This document shows, one piece after another, positions 14,978 through 22,946 of a DNA stretch of 26,829 nt. How positions within the stretch are numbered: position 1 is the first letter of the stretch; the number at the start of each line of letters is the position of its first letter. Position numbers and translations under genes: made by a program. The DNA is from a virus (lineage: Duplodnaviria; Caudoviricetes), in IMG/VR virus record IMGVR_UViG_3300010376_000114, positions 1 to 26,829 of that record; one strand, written 5' to 3'. The notes beneath the pieces were generated by a model. It did not search any database, was not told the DNA's origin, and saw nothing but the letters and a program-made list of their open reading frames with translations.

Positions 14978-16670
14978 CTGGCTCGATGATCCGCTGCCGT
15001 TTTGGTTTCTGTGCTCCGCCGATGATGACGGCGACGATGATGGTGGGGGCGGCAGCTCTGACGATGACGGCGGAACGGACGGCGGCGGTAAGGATACAGG
15101 TGGTACCGACGCGGGAGGCGGTGACACCGGCGGCTCCTCCGATCCCGGTGGTGGTGATGCCGGCACCGACACGACCGATACCGGTGACACCTCGTCAGAG
15201 ACAGAGAAGGGCGACCAGAGCAGCACCAAGGGCGAGCAGACCAGCGGCTTCGGCGGCGACACAGGTAAAGACACCTCACCTGCGGCTGGTGACCGCGGCG
15301 AGCAGACCAGCGGCTTTTCCGGCAGCGACACCGCTGGTGCGGCGAGTTCGGAAACCGACAAGGGGGATCGCGGCGATACCGGCGCTCAGACCGGCGGGGT
15401 CGGCGGCGGTGGCGCCACTGATGATACTTCTCACGGTTTGGTCACCGACTCGGCACGCAGCGCGCTCGACAACGCCGGCATCGGCGATCTCGGGCCGGCG
15501 GTCGGCACCGCCTCGCCGGCATCGGCCGCAAGCGCGCAAGGCGTCGGTACCGGCGGCTTCTCCAGCGCCGCCGAAATCCTGGCGGGAGCAACGCCAAGCG
15601 TCGAGGCGTTGACAGCCAACCCGCCCGATACACCGACCGACGTGACCGACACGCCGGCCGAGGACCCGTTCGGGCAGCTGTCTGGCGGCACCCCTGGCGC
15701 ACCGACCGGCACGGTGCAGACCGAGCGGATCACGGCTCCAGGAGGCGACCAAAATCTCGCGGCTCCGCAGCCGGCCGGCGGTACAAACACAACCACGGTT
15801 GCGGAAACCCCGCTGCAGGATATCAGCGTTGCCCCCACGATAACTCCGGAGAACTTCCCGGAGGCGCAGCCGCTCATTGACCCTTCTCAATTTACTGATC
15901 CAACTTTCAGGCCGCCGACACAAGGTCAGGACAATAGTGTAAATTTCCCGGCCCCGGGTCAGGCCCCCGGCGGGCAGACCATCAACTTCCCGGGACCCTC
16001 GCCTTCGCCGGAAACAGTGGTGGTCACAACTCCGGCCAGCGCTGCTGCGCAGCAGACAACCCCTGCTCCCGGTACTACGACGCCGGCCGCCACCACCACC
16101 CCTACGGACACGTTCAGGACCGCCAAGCCTCCAGGAGAAATCGACAACACCCCGGGAGCGAAAGCGACTATTGATGCGATCAACAATAACCAGCCGGCCC
16201 CAGGAGAAACGACCCCCTCGCCGATCAGTGGCAACAATGCGCCGTCCGGTCCGGCCCCTGATGGAATATCCGATGGCGCCACCCAGGCCCTCAACAACGC
16301 TTCCACGAGTGGGGGCGGTGCCGCTCTTCCTACCGGCCCGCAGATCACCGCTGAGTCGTTGATCAACCCGATCCCGGCTGACGGCACGACGCCTAACCCG
16401 GCTCCGGATGGGGTGACGGTAGGCGGGCTTCCTGACCCTGGATCGTTTCCCGGTCCAGGCGGCACCCCTTTGGGATATTTCGACGCCCAGGGGTTCTTCA
16501 ACCCGATCCAGATGGGCGGGGCGGTGCCCCCCGGCGGCGTTCAAATCCCCGGCTTCACCCGGCAGGTTGGTAACCCGCAGCAGCAGGGTGACGGTGCCGC
16601 GCCGCTGGGATATCAGAACGTGCTCAACAACGCGATCGACACCGGGGTCGGTGACGGGGGAACAGCCTGA
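14964..16670 (+). CDS. Highly acidic, intrinsically disordered putative internal virion/ejection protein
   Basis: RBS AAGGA; short aromatic N-terminus then D/G/T/S/P-rich low complexity; first gene after the GNAT in a typical ejection-protein block. Confidence 0.7.
   Translation: MRARDWLDDPLPFWFLCSADDDGDDDGGGGSSDDDGGTDGGGKDTGGTDAGGGDTGGSSDPGGGDAGTDTTDTGDTSSETEKGDQSSTKGEQTSGFGGDTGKDTSPAAGDRGEQTSGFSGSDTAGAASSETDKGDRGDTGAQTGGVGGGGATDDTSHGLVTDSARSALDNAGIGDLGPAVGTASPASAASAQGVGTGGFSSAAEILAGATPSVEALTANPPDTPTDVTDTPAEDPFGQLSGGTPGAPTGTVQTERITAPGGDQNLAAPQPAGGTNTTTVAETPLQDISVAPTITPENFPEAQPLIDPSQFTDPTFRPPTQGQDNSVNFPAPGQAPGGQTINFPGPSPSPETVVVTTPASAAAQQTTPAPGTTTPAATTTPTDTFRTAKPPGEIDNTPGAKATIDAINNNQPAPGETTPSPISGNNAPSGPAPDGISDGATQALNNASTSGGGAALPTGPQITAESLINPIPADGTTPNPAPDGVTVGGLPDPGSFPGPGGTPLGYFDAQGFFNPIQMGGAVPPGGVQIPGFTRQVGNPQQQGDGAAPLGYQNVLNNAIDTGVGDGGTA
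15231..15316 (+). repeat. 20-nt exact direct repeat (GGCGAGCAGACCAGCGGCTT) at 15231-15250 and 15297-15316, encoding GEQTSGF
   Basis: Read directly from the sequence; internal duplication in the low-complexity protein. Confidence 0.85.
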
Positions 16671-18070
16671 TGGGTATCGGGATCGGTACTGAGGCACTGA
16701 TCGGCGCGCTGTTCGGCGGTGGCGAGGTAGCGGCCGACCTTGGCATAGCTGGCGCCGATCTCGGACTTGATGCTGCCGCTGCTGGTGCCACCGATCTTGC
16801 CGGCGCCGGAGCGATTGATGCCGCAGGGGCGGGAGCGGAAGCAATTGATGCCGCCGCAGCCGGAGGTGCTGTGGATGCCGCCGGCACGGGCGCTGCGGAG
16901 GCCGGCGCGATCGATACCGGGCTCACTGCTGCCGATGCGGCAGGCGCGGCGGGCGCTGCTGGTGCGGTTGACACACTCGCGCCTCAGAGCGCTACCCAGG
17001 CGCTTAACTTCGCTTCTGCCGCTCCTGGTGCCACCTCCACCGGTGCCACCGGAGCGCTGAACGGCGCCAATCTCGCCAGCATTGGGGAAGGGAGCGCCAA
17101 CGTTGCCTCGCTGCCGAGCTTTCAGTCGGCGTCCACCGAGCTTGCCTCCGGCAACCCGACGCTTGCGGCTGAACTCGGTCAGCTGCCGCCGGCCAATCTC
17201 AATACCGGACCAAGCGCGATCGAGGCGGTGGGCGGTTCTTCCACGCCGCTGGACATCGCCAATCTTGCCGCCGACCCCACGGCTGCGCCCGCGGCCGGGC
17301 AGGTAGCGCCGCAGAGCGCTGCCGACGCGCTCAACGGAGCCGGAGTGGCTCCCGATCGGCCGATCTTCAACAACGGCGTCGAGACCGGCATCCCCGGTGT
17401 CGGCCCGACCGCGCAGCCAGACACCGGCGGTCTTTCCGCCGGGGTGTCTAACTTCCTCAACAGTCCTTATACCAAGGCCGCCGAGCTGGCGCTGCCGGTG
17501 GGCTTCCTCGGCTATAATCTTCTCAAGGGCCCGCCGCCTCTGCCGTCGCAGGCAACTGCGGCGGTAGAGAACGCCAAGGCGAGCATCGGTCCCCTGCAGG
17601 GGCAGGCAACCCAGAATGTCCCGCTGTTCAATCAAACAGCGGCGCAGGACCTGAGCCTCGCCAATAACTTTCAGATCAGCCCGGCGCAGGCAGCCTCGAT
17701 CCAGATTTTTGTGCAGAACGCGCAAAATCAACTGCGCCAGCAGATCGCCAACCAGGGAAACCAGAACGTCGAGGCGACCAGCGAATGGGCCCAGGGCAAC
17801 CAGCAAATCCAGCAGCAGGCGCTGTCCATGCAGGTGCAGATGGTCAACCAGCTGATATCGACCGCGTTCCAGGCGGCCTCCGCCGCCAATGCCGGGGTCT
17901 CGACCGCGGTCAACGCCACCTCATCGCTCGACTCAACCTTGATGCAGGCGGCGCAAATCCAGGTGCAGCAGGACACGGCATTTCAGCAGTCGATCACCGG
18001 GGCACTGCAATCCTTCGGCATGCTCGCGGCTTTGAGTAATCTCAAGGTGACCGGCGCAACCCAGGTCTGA
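16670..18070 (+). CDS. Ala/Gly-rich, Gln-rich putative ejection/pilot protein
   Basis: TGATG coupling; hydrophobic Gly-rich N-terminus, DAAG repeats, Q-rich helical C-terminus; almost no basic residues. Confidence 0.72.
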   Translation: MGIGIGTEALIGALFGGGEVAADLGIAGADLGLDAAAAGATDLAGAGAIDAAGAGAEAIDAAAAGGAVDAAGTGAAEAGAIDTGLTAADAAGAAGAAGAVDTLAPQSATQALNFASAAPGATSTGATGALNGANLASIGEGSANVASLPSFQSASTELASGNPTLAAELGQLPPANLNTGPSAIEAVGGSSTPLDIANLAADPTAAPAAGQVAPQSAADALNGAGVAPDRPIFNNGVETGIPGVGPTAQPDTGGLSAGVSNFLNSPYTKAAELALPVGFLGYNLLKGPPPLPSQATAAVENAKASIGPLQGQATQNVPLFNQTAAQDLSLANNFQISPAQAASIQIFVQNAQNQLRQQIANQGNQNVEATSEWAQGNQQIQQQALSMQVQMVNQLISTAFQAASAANAGVSTAVNATSSLDSTLMQAAQIQVQQDTAFQQSITGALQSFGMLAALSNLKVTGATQV

Positions 18071-18072
18071 TC

Positions 18073-19647
18073 ATGGATTTCCTCCCTCAGACGATCGAAC
18101 GGCTCCTCTTTGGAGACAACCCGCCGCCGCGCCCCCTGTTCGGCGGGACGCCCAACCAGCCGCAACCGCAACCTCAGCCGGTCAGCCTGCAGGAGGCGCT
18201 CGATCGGCCGGAGAGTATCTCGTTCAGCGATATTCCCGGGCTCGCCGCTCCCGGCGGGCCGGGCTCCGGGGATGATGCACCGGAGGCGCCGACCAAAGAC
18301 CAGGAGCGGATCGCCGAGGAGCCCGCCGCCAAAGGCGATCGGCAGCCGGTCACCTCAGCCGCGGCCGGCAAGCCCGACGACGAGGATCGTATCGAGCGGC
18401 AGATCGAGCGCCTGGAGGGCGAAGGAAAAGATATCCTCAAGCGCAAAGGGGCCGCCAGCGAGAAGGCGATTGCCGACCTGCAGGGCGATATCGACAGCAT
18501 GCAGGCGCCGCCGACGCTGGAGAAGATGCCCAACGCACCGCAGAATAATATTGCGCAGGGGGCGATGGAGTGGATGCAGATCGCGACCGTGCTGGGCGCC
18601 CTGGCGGGCGGCCGCGCTCGCGGCAACACCACCGCCGCTCTCAACGCCTTCGGCGGCGCCATCAAGGGCTTCACCCAGGGCAAGAAAGAGGAGTTCAACA
18701 ACAACATAGAGGAGTGGAAGGTAGCGGCTGAGAAGGTCAAGACCGACAATCAGGCCAAGCTCGATCAGTATGATCTCATTTTCAAGAACAAGAAAATGAG
18801 TATGGACCTGAAGCTCGGCATGCTGCAGATCGCCGCCGAGCAGTACAAGGACGAGATCACCTACAACTTGGCAAGCCAGAGGAACTACACCACCCTCGCT
18901 GAGGTAAATCAGAGGGAAAAGCAGTTTCAGGCAACCCATGCGGAACGCCTGATATCGCTCCAGCTTCAGGCGGAAAGGCTGCAGGCCTCGATTAATGGCA
19001 CGCTCTCCGGCCGGTCGCAGGTGCAAGCAGCGCTCAACATGTGGATGCGCGAGTATCGAGCCCAGAACGGCCATGACCCGTCCGCGCAGGAGTATGAGAA
19101 AAAGCTGATAGACCTTACGCGTGAGACTGCAGCCGGCAGGGCGGTCGGCGGTTATCAAGCCCGGGTGTCTACTTTCTCCAACGAGTTCAACCGGATGTAC
19201 CCCACGGCCCTGACGCAGATCGCCGATTACTCGCAGGGAAAAGACAATAAATTTGTCCCTTGGAACCAGCTGCGGCAGATGTCGCAGCGACAGCTTAGCA
19301 ATCCGCAGCTGGCCTCGTTGAAGCGCTCGCTGGACGCGCTGCGAAACTCTTATATCCGCACACTCAATCCTACGGGTCAATCCCGGGTGGCGGATCGTAT
19401 CGAGGCACGCGCTGATGCCGTTCTCGACGCCGCCACCGGCCCGGCGTCGCTGGTTGCGCAGATCAAGATCATGCGGCAGGAGATCACCAATACCGAGAAC
19501 GCCCTCAAGGACTCGGTTGACAGCATCACTGACATGCAGCGCTACGATCCTCTGGAGGCGCAGGAACTTGTTGACGAGGCTTGGCTCAAGGCGCAGTCCG
19601 GAACCAAGGCCTCCCGTGACAAAATCCCATGGGAGGTGATCCGCTGA
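18073..19647 (+). CDS. Helical putative ejection (internal virion) protein
   Basis: RBS AGGT; long coiled-coil regions and a Gly/Ala hydrophobic hairpin IATVLGALAGG...AALNAFGGAIKGF. Confidence 0.72.
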   Translation: MDFLPQTIERLLFGDNPPPRPLFGGTPNQPQPQPQPVSLQEALDRPESISFSDIPGLAAPGGPGSGDDAPEAPTKDQERIAEEPAAKGDRQPVTSAAAGKPDDEDRIERQIERLEGEGKDILKRKGAASEKAIADLQGDIDSMQAPPTLEKMPNAPQNNIAQGAMEWMQIATVLGALAGGRARGNTTAALNAFGGAIKGFTQGKKEEFNNNIEEWKVAAEKVKTDNQAKLDQYDLIFKNKKMSMDLKLGMLQIAAEQYKDEITYNLASQRNYTTLAEVNQREKQFQATHAERLISLQLQAERLQASINGTLSGRSQVQAALNMWMREYRAQNGHDPSAQEYEKKLIDLTRETAAGRAVGGYQARVSTFSNEFNRMYPTALTQIADYSQGKDNKFVPWNQLRQMSQRQLSNPQLASLKRSLDALRNSYIRTLNPTGQSRVADRIEARADAVLDAATGPASLVAQIKIMRQEITNTENALKDSVDSITDMQRYDPLEAQELVDEAWLKAQSGTKASRDKIPWEVIR

Positions 19648-21329
19648 TGGCCGAGTATAAGGTTAGGGCGCCTGACGGTCATATTGTCACGTTGCGGGGT
19701 CCTGACGGCGCCAGCAACGAGGAGATCGTGGCGCAGGCGCAGCGGCTTTATCAACCGGGCGGTGGTGCTGGCGGGGACGAGGAGCCGCGCGGCGTTCTTG
19801 GGACGATCAAGGATTATACGGTCGACGCCCTCAAAGCCGTCCCGCGCAGCCTGGAGCTTGGCGCGGAGCATCTGGGTGGTTTCGCGGGCGATCTCGGCGA
19901 GTCCATGAATGCCGGCTTGGATTATCTCACCGGCGCCATCACCGGTGAGGACAGCACTTATTTCACCGACACCTCGAAAAAGTACGGCGCGCACATCCCG
20001 ACCAGCGAGAGCATCGCCGCGCAACGAGAAAAACTGACCGGAAAATACGACGAGCCCCAATACATGCCGGGTAAGTTTATCCAATCGATCGGCGAGCAGG
20101 TACTTCCCTCGCTGGCGATGGGGCCGGCAAGCCCGGGCGCGCTTGCGCCCACAGGTGTGCGGGCGGCGGCCAAGACTGCGGCGCTGAGAAGTGCGGCGGG
20201 CAAAGCTCAGATCGCCAGCATCGTCGGAGCTGGTGCCGGCGAGGAGGCAGCGGCGGAGGGCGCCGAAGCGCTGGGAGCCGATCCCAATGATCCGACAGCC
20301 CGGATGGTAGGCGGCTTTATGGGCGGCGGCATCGGTGGCGCGCGCGCGGCAAGTAGGATTGAAAAGGCCGCGCGATCGAACGTGAATACCAACCTCAAGG
20401 CCGCCTCGCAGCGAGCCTACGCCAAGCTTGAGAACGCGCCTTTCACGCTCGCCAACTTTGCCTACATGAAGCTGCCGATGCAGATGCAGCTTGCTCTGGG
20501 AAAGCATATACGCACTGTTCTCGACAGCGGTCCCAACTATCTTGGGCCCGAGATCGCAAAAAAAACCTATCAGATACTGGGAAACAGGCTCGACAATGCG
20601 CGACCTATGCGCATGTCGGAGCTACTGGGACTGCATCAGTACCTTGGCAACATCGAATACGTTAAGGGCAAGGGCGGAGACTACGTTGCCGCCCAGATCG
20701 CCCGCGGTGAAATCCGCAACTTCATGCAGGGGATCGGTCTGAGCAAGCCGCTGACACAGGCGCTCGGCAACTGGGCGATGGCGATGAAGGTCCAGGATAT
20801 CGAGAAGGCGCTGGAGGTTGCTCTCCGCCGCGCCGCTGTCAGCGGTACTGGCGCCAACGAGATCAACACAATGCGCCAGGAGATCAGGAAGATCGTGGAC
20901 CACGCGGGGCGCATCAGCGGCTATCCACCCAATGTCAAAGAGCAGATGATCAGGGTCATCGAGGGGACGTATCTGGAGAACGCCGCACGCTGGGTCGGGA
21001 AGATCGCGGCGCCCAGCGGTCTGCACGGCGTGACGGCTGCGGTCATCATCACCCAGCTTGCCCACAGCCCGTTGTTTCTCGGTCTCGCCGGGACAGGCTA
21101 TGCGGCCAAAAAGCTCGGCGACTATCTCACCCATAAGGAAATCACACGCATCGTTCATATGCTGCAGGAGAGCGCCCCGGTGAACAATGGCGTTCGCTCG
21201 ATGAACCTCAACCTGCGCCAGATCGCCGCCGACACCGGCGGGCTGCGTGGTGAGATCGCCGGCACGCTCGGCGGCTATATGAGTTCCCAGTCGGTCATGG
21301 ACAATCCCTCGGGAATACCGCTGCAGTGA
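19647..21329 (+). CDS. Putative ejection / DNA-transfer protein
   Basis: RBS GGGAGGTG, ATG 19647 overlapping TGA. N-terminal YKVRAPDGHIVTLRGPDGASNEEIVAQAQ is a motif I recognise from podovirus internal virion proteins; Gly/Ala-rich helices. Confidence 0.75.
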   Translation: MAEYKVRAPDGHIVTLRGPDGASNEEIVAQAQRLYQPGGGAGGDEEPRGVLGTIKDYTVDALKAVPRSLELGAEHLGGFAGDLGESMNAGLDYLTGAITGEDSTYFTDTSKKYGAHIPTSESIAAQREKLTGKYDEPQYMPGKFIQSIGEQVLPSLAMGPASPGALAPTGVRAAAKTAALRSAAGKAQIASIVGAGAGEEAAAEGAEALGADPNDPTARMVGGFMGGGIGGARAASRIEKAARSNVNTNLKAASQRAYAKLENAPFTLANFAYMKLPMQMQLALGKHIRTVLDSGPNYLGPEIAKKTYQILGNRLDNARPMRMSELLGLHQYLGNIEYVKGKGGDYVAAQIARGEIRNFMQGIGLSKPLTQALGNWAMAMKVQDIEKALEVALRRAAVSGTGANEINTMRQEIRKIVDHAGRISGYPPNVKEQMIRVIEGTYLENAARWVGKIAAPSGLHGVTAAVIITQLAHSPLFLGLAGTGYAAKKLGDYLTHKEITRIVHMLQESAPVNNGVRSMNLNLRQIAADTGGLRGEIAGTLGGYMSSQSVMDNPSGIPLQ

Positions 21330-21532
21330 CTGAGAAAAAGCGCACAACCAAGAGCACGCTGCTCGACACGCTGGAAACGCAGGTGCTGGAGGTTCTCAAA
21401 AACAAGGATATAACCACCGCGGAGCGGCTCAAGGCGATCGAGACCGGGGCAAAAATACTGAGCATCCGCCACAAGCTCGATGGAGAAGGACATGGCGAAG
21501 GAAGCTTCTTCGGCAGCAGCGCCGCCAAATGA
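21326..21532 (+). CDS. Small helical hypothetical protein
   Basis: GTGA overlap with the upstream stop; fills the gap; amphipathic helices. Confidence 0.7.
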   Translation: MTEKKRTTKSTLLDTLETQVLEVLKNKDITTAERLKAIETGAKILSIRHKLDGEGHGEGSFFGSSAAK

Positions 21533-21896
21533 GGCGCTGCCAGCCGGCGTCGAGGTTGAGGAACTCTATGATGGCCCGGTGCCGGGGCAGGTGGTGAGCC
21601 ATCCCGCCCAGCTGGTGCGGCCGATCCCGCAGCAGGTGCCGCCAAAGCAGGCCGACGTGTCATACACGACCCCCAAAAAGGACGAATACCCCGCCGCCGT
21701 GATGGTGGCGCTTGACGTGCTTTCCGCGCGGCTTTTGGGGCTGGTGGCGCTCGTCACCGGGTGTTTCATCTGGGGATTTGTAGTTTGGGACCCCAACCTC
21801 TGGCGCGTGATCGCGGCCAGCGCCTTCTCCGCTTTGGTGTTCCTGCCGATCATGGTAATCTACTGGAAGGCCGGTATGACAGGTGAAGGGAGTTGA
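21492..21896 (+). CDS. Two-TM membrane protein with Pro-rich N-terminus
   Basis: RBS GGAGAAGGA before ATG 21492; hydrophobic LLGLVALVTGCFIWGFVVW and VIAASAFSALVFLPIMVIYW. Confidence 0.75.
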   Translation: MAKEASSAAAPPNEALPAGVEVEELYDGPVPGQVVSHPAQLVRPIPQQVPPKQADVSYTTPKKDEYPAAVMVALDVLSARLLGLVALVTGCFIWGFVVWDPNLWRVIAASAFSALVFLPIMVIYWKAGMTGEGS

Positions 21897-21900
21897 TCAA

Positions 21901-22344
21901 ATGAAAACCTTAGAGCGCTTCCCGGGCCTTGTCGCCCTGGCTCTGGTTGCTGTGATCGTTGGCGGCTTCGCGTTGGCCGTGAAAAACGCCCCGCGCGTCG
22001 ATTTCATCAAATACGCCAACGCCCAGCCGACCATCCTCAGCCCCAACGTCTACTTCTACTCCGCCGTTACCACGGCCCAGCAGCTGATCGGCGCCAACCC
22101 GTCACGTCACGGTTTACAGATTTGCAACTCGGGCGGCACTAACGCGCTCTGGATCATGCCCAACATCGCCACCATCAATACCGGCGCGGTGGTAGCTCCC
22201 GCCGCCAACGTCGGCATCCCGGTGCCAGCCATCGCCTCGAACGTGGCCTCCTGCTTCTCGCCGCCGACCAATGCGCCTTCGGTTGGCCAAGCGTGGCAGG
22301 GCTTCTCCACCACCACACCGGTCACCGTCCTGGAGTATCCATGA
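21901..22344 (+). CDS. Signal-peptide/TM-anchored beta-sandwich protein
   Basis: RBS GGGAG, ATG 21901; hydrophobic LVALALVAVIVGGFALAV; possible ANA-Q cleavage site; domain LIGANPSRHGLQICNSG..LWI. Confidence 0.75.
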   Translation: MKTLERFPGLVALALVAVIVGGFALAVKNAPRVDFIKYANAQPTILSPNVYFYSAVTTAQQLIGANPSRHGLQICNSGGTNALWIMPNIATINTGAVVAPAANVGIPVPAIASNVASCFSPPTNAPSVGQAWQGFSTTTPVTVLEYP

Positions 22345-22382
22345 TGCGCAAGCGCAAGGGTCGGCGGGGGCGCCGCTACTGA
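22341..22382 (+). CDS. Protamine-like micropeptide MMRKRKGRRGRRY (13 aa; 12 aa if started at 22344)
   Basis: GGAG at 22332-22335; start overlaps the upstream stop (ATGATG) and stop overlaps the downstream start (TGATG), exactly filling the gap. Confidence 0.78.
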   Translation: MMRKRKGRRGRRY

Positions 22383-22531
22383 TGCCACTCGCTTCCGGGT
22401 CATCGCCCGCGGTCCGTAGCCGCAACATCCGCGAGATGATCCGCGCCGGCCATCCGCGCCGGCAGGCGGTGGCGGCGGCCTTCCGCAAGGCACGCGAGAG
22501 CAAACGGCGCGGCCGCAGGGGGCGACGATGA
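22382..22531 (+). CDS. Small basic protein (49 aa), MPLxxGSS..NIRE..xGxPxxQAVAxA type, with KRRGRRGRR tail
   Basis: TGATG and ATGA coupling at the two ends; the N-terminal pattern resembles a small basic protein family common in phage structural regions. Confidence 0.85.
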   Translation: MPLASGSSPAVRSRNIREMIRAGHPRRQAVAAAFRKARESKRRGRRGRR

Positions 22532-22938
22532 GCGCAAGGCTGGGGACACCAGGAAGTCAGGTGGTGGCGGCAATCGCTGTTACCGCTAACGGGCGTGTAA
22601 TCACTTTCTCCAAGGCGATCGTGGTGGCCTCGGTGGTGGCGGTGTGGGTCGCCAGCGGCACCGTGGGAAATCGCACCGTGCAGATGCTGGTCAAAGACGC
22701 GGCCGGAAATATCCTGCTGCGCCTGCCGCTGAACGTGGCGATCACCGCTGGCCAGACCGTAAATATTGTCTCGGTCAACGGCGCCTCGATTGCCAATTTT
22801 GCCACTACGCCGCTGATCCAGACCCTGCCGCTGCCGGCTGACATGCCTCTTGGTGATGGCGGATCGGTCACCTTCGTCGATACCGCCAACATCGATCCGA
22901 CCGACACCTGCTCGATCCAGTGCATGGTGAGCAACTGA
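22528..22938 (+). CDS. Beta-rich hypothetical (probable structural) protein
   Basis: ATGA overlap; V/T/I/A-rich strands. Confidence 0.75.
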   Translation: MSARLGTPGSQVVAAIAVTANGRVITFSKAIVVASVVAVWVASGTVGNRTVQMLVKDAAGNILLRLPLNVAITAGQTVNIVSVNGASIANFATTPLIQTLPLPADMPLGDGGSVTFVDTANIDPTDTCSIQCMVSN

Positions 22939-22946
22939 GCTAGCCC

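Noticed and set aside
16767-17060. +1-frame 97-aa ORF in the Ala-rich ejection gene
   Set aside because: No RBS or ATG start context; GCT/GAT-rich low-complexity Ala/Asp codons explain the open Leu/Met/Pro frame.
15200-18345. Recurrent KGD/KGDR tripeptides in ejection proteins as a shared signal
   Set aside because: Too short to separate from chance in G/D-rich sequence without an alignment of homologues.
2380-18709. Long alternative ORFs antisense to or overlapping the structural genes (e.g. 2380-3912, 5079-5975, 9530-10882, 15276-16844, 16613-17806)
   Set aside because: Expected shadows of GC3-rich coding sequence; no RBS, no recognisable motifs, and codon bias favours the annotated + frames.
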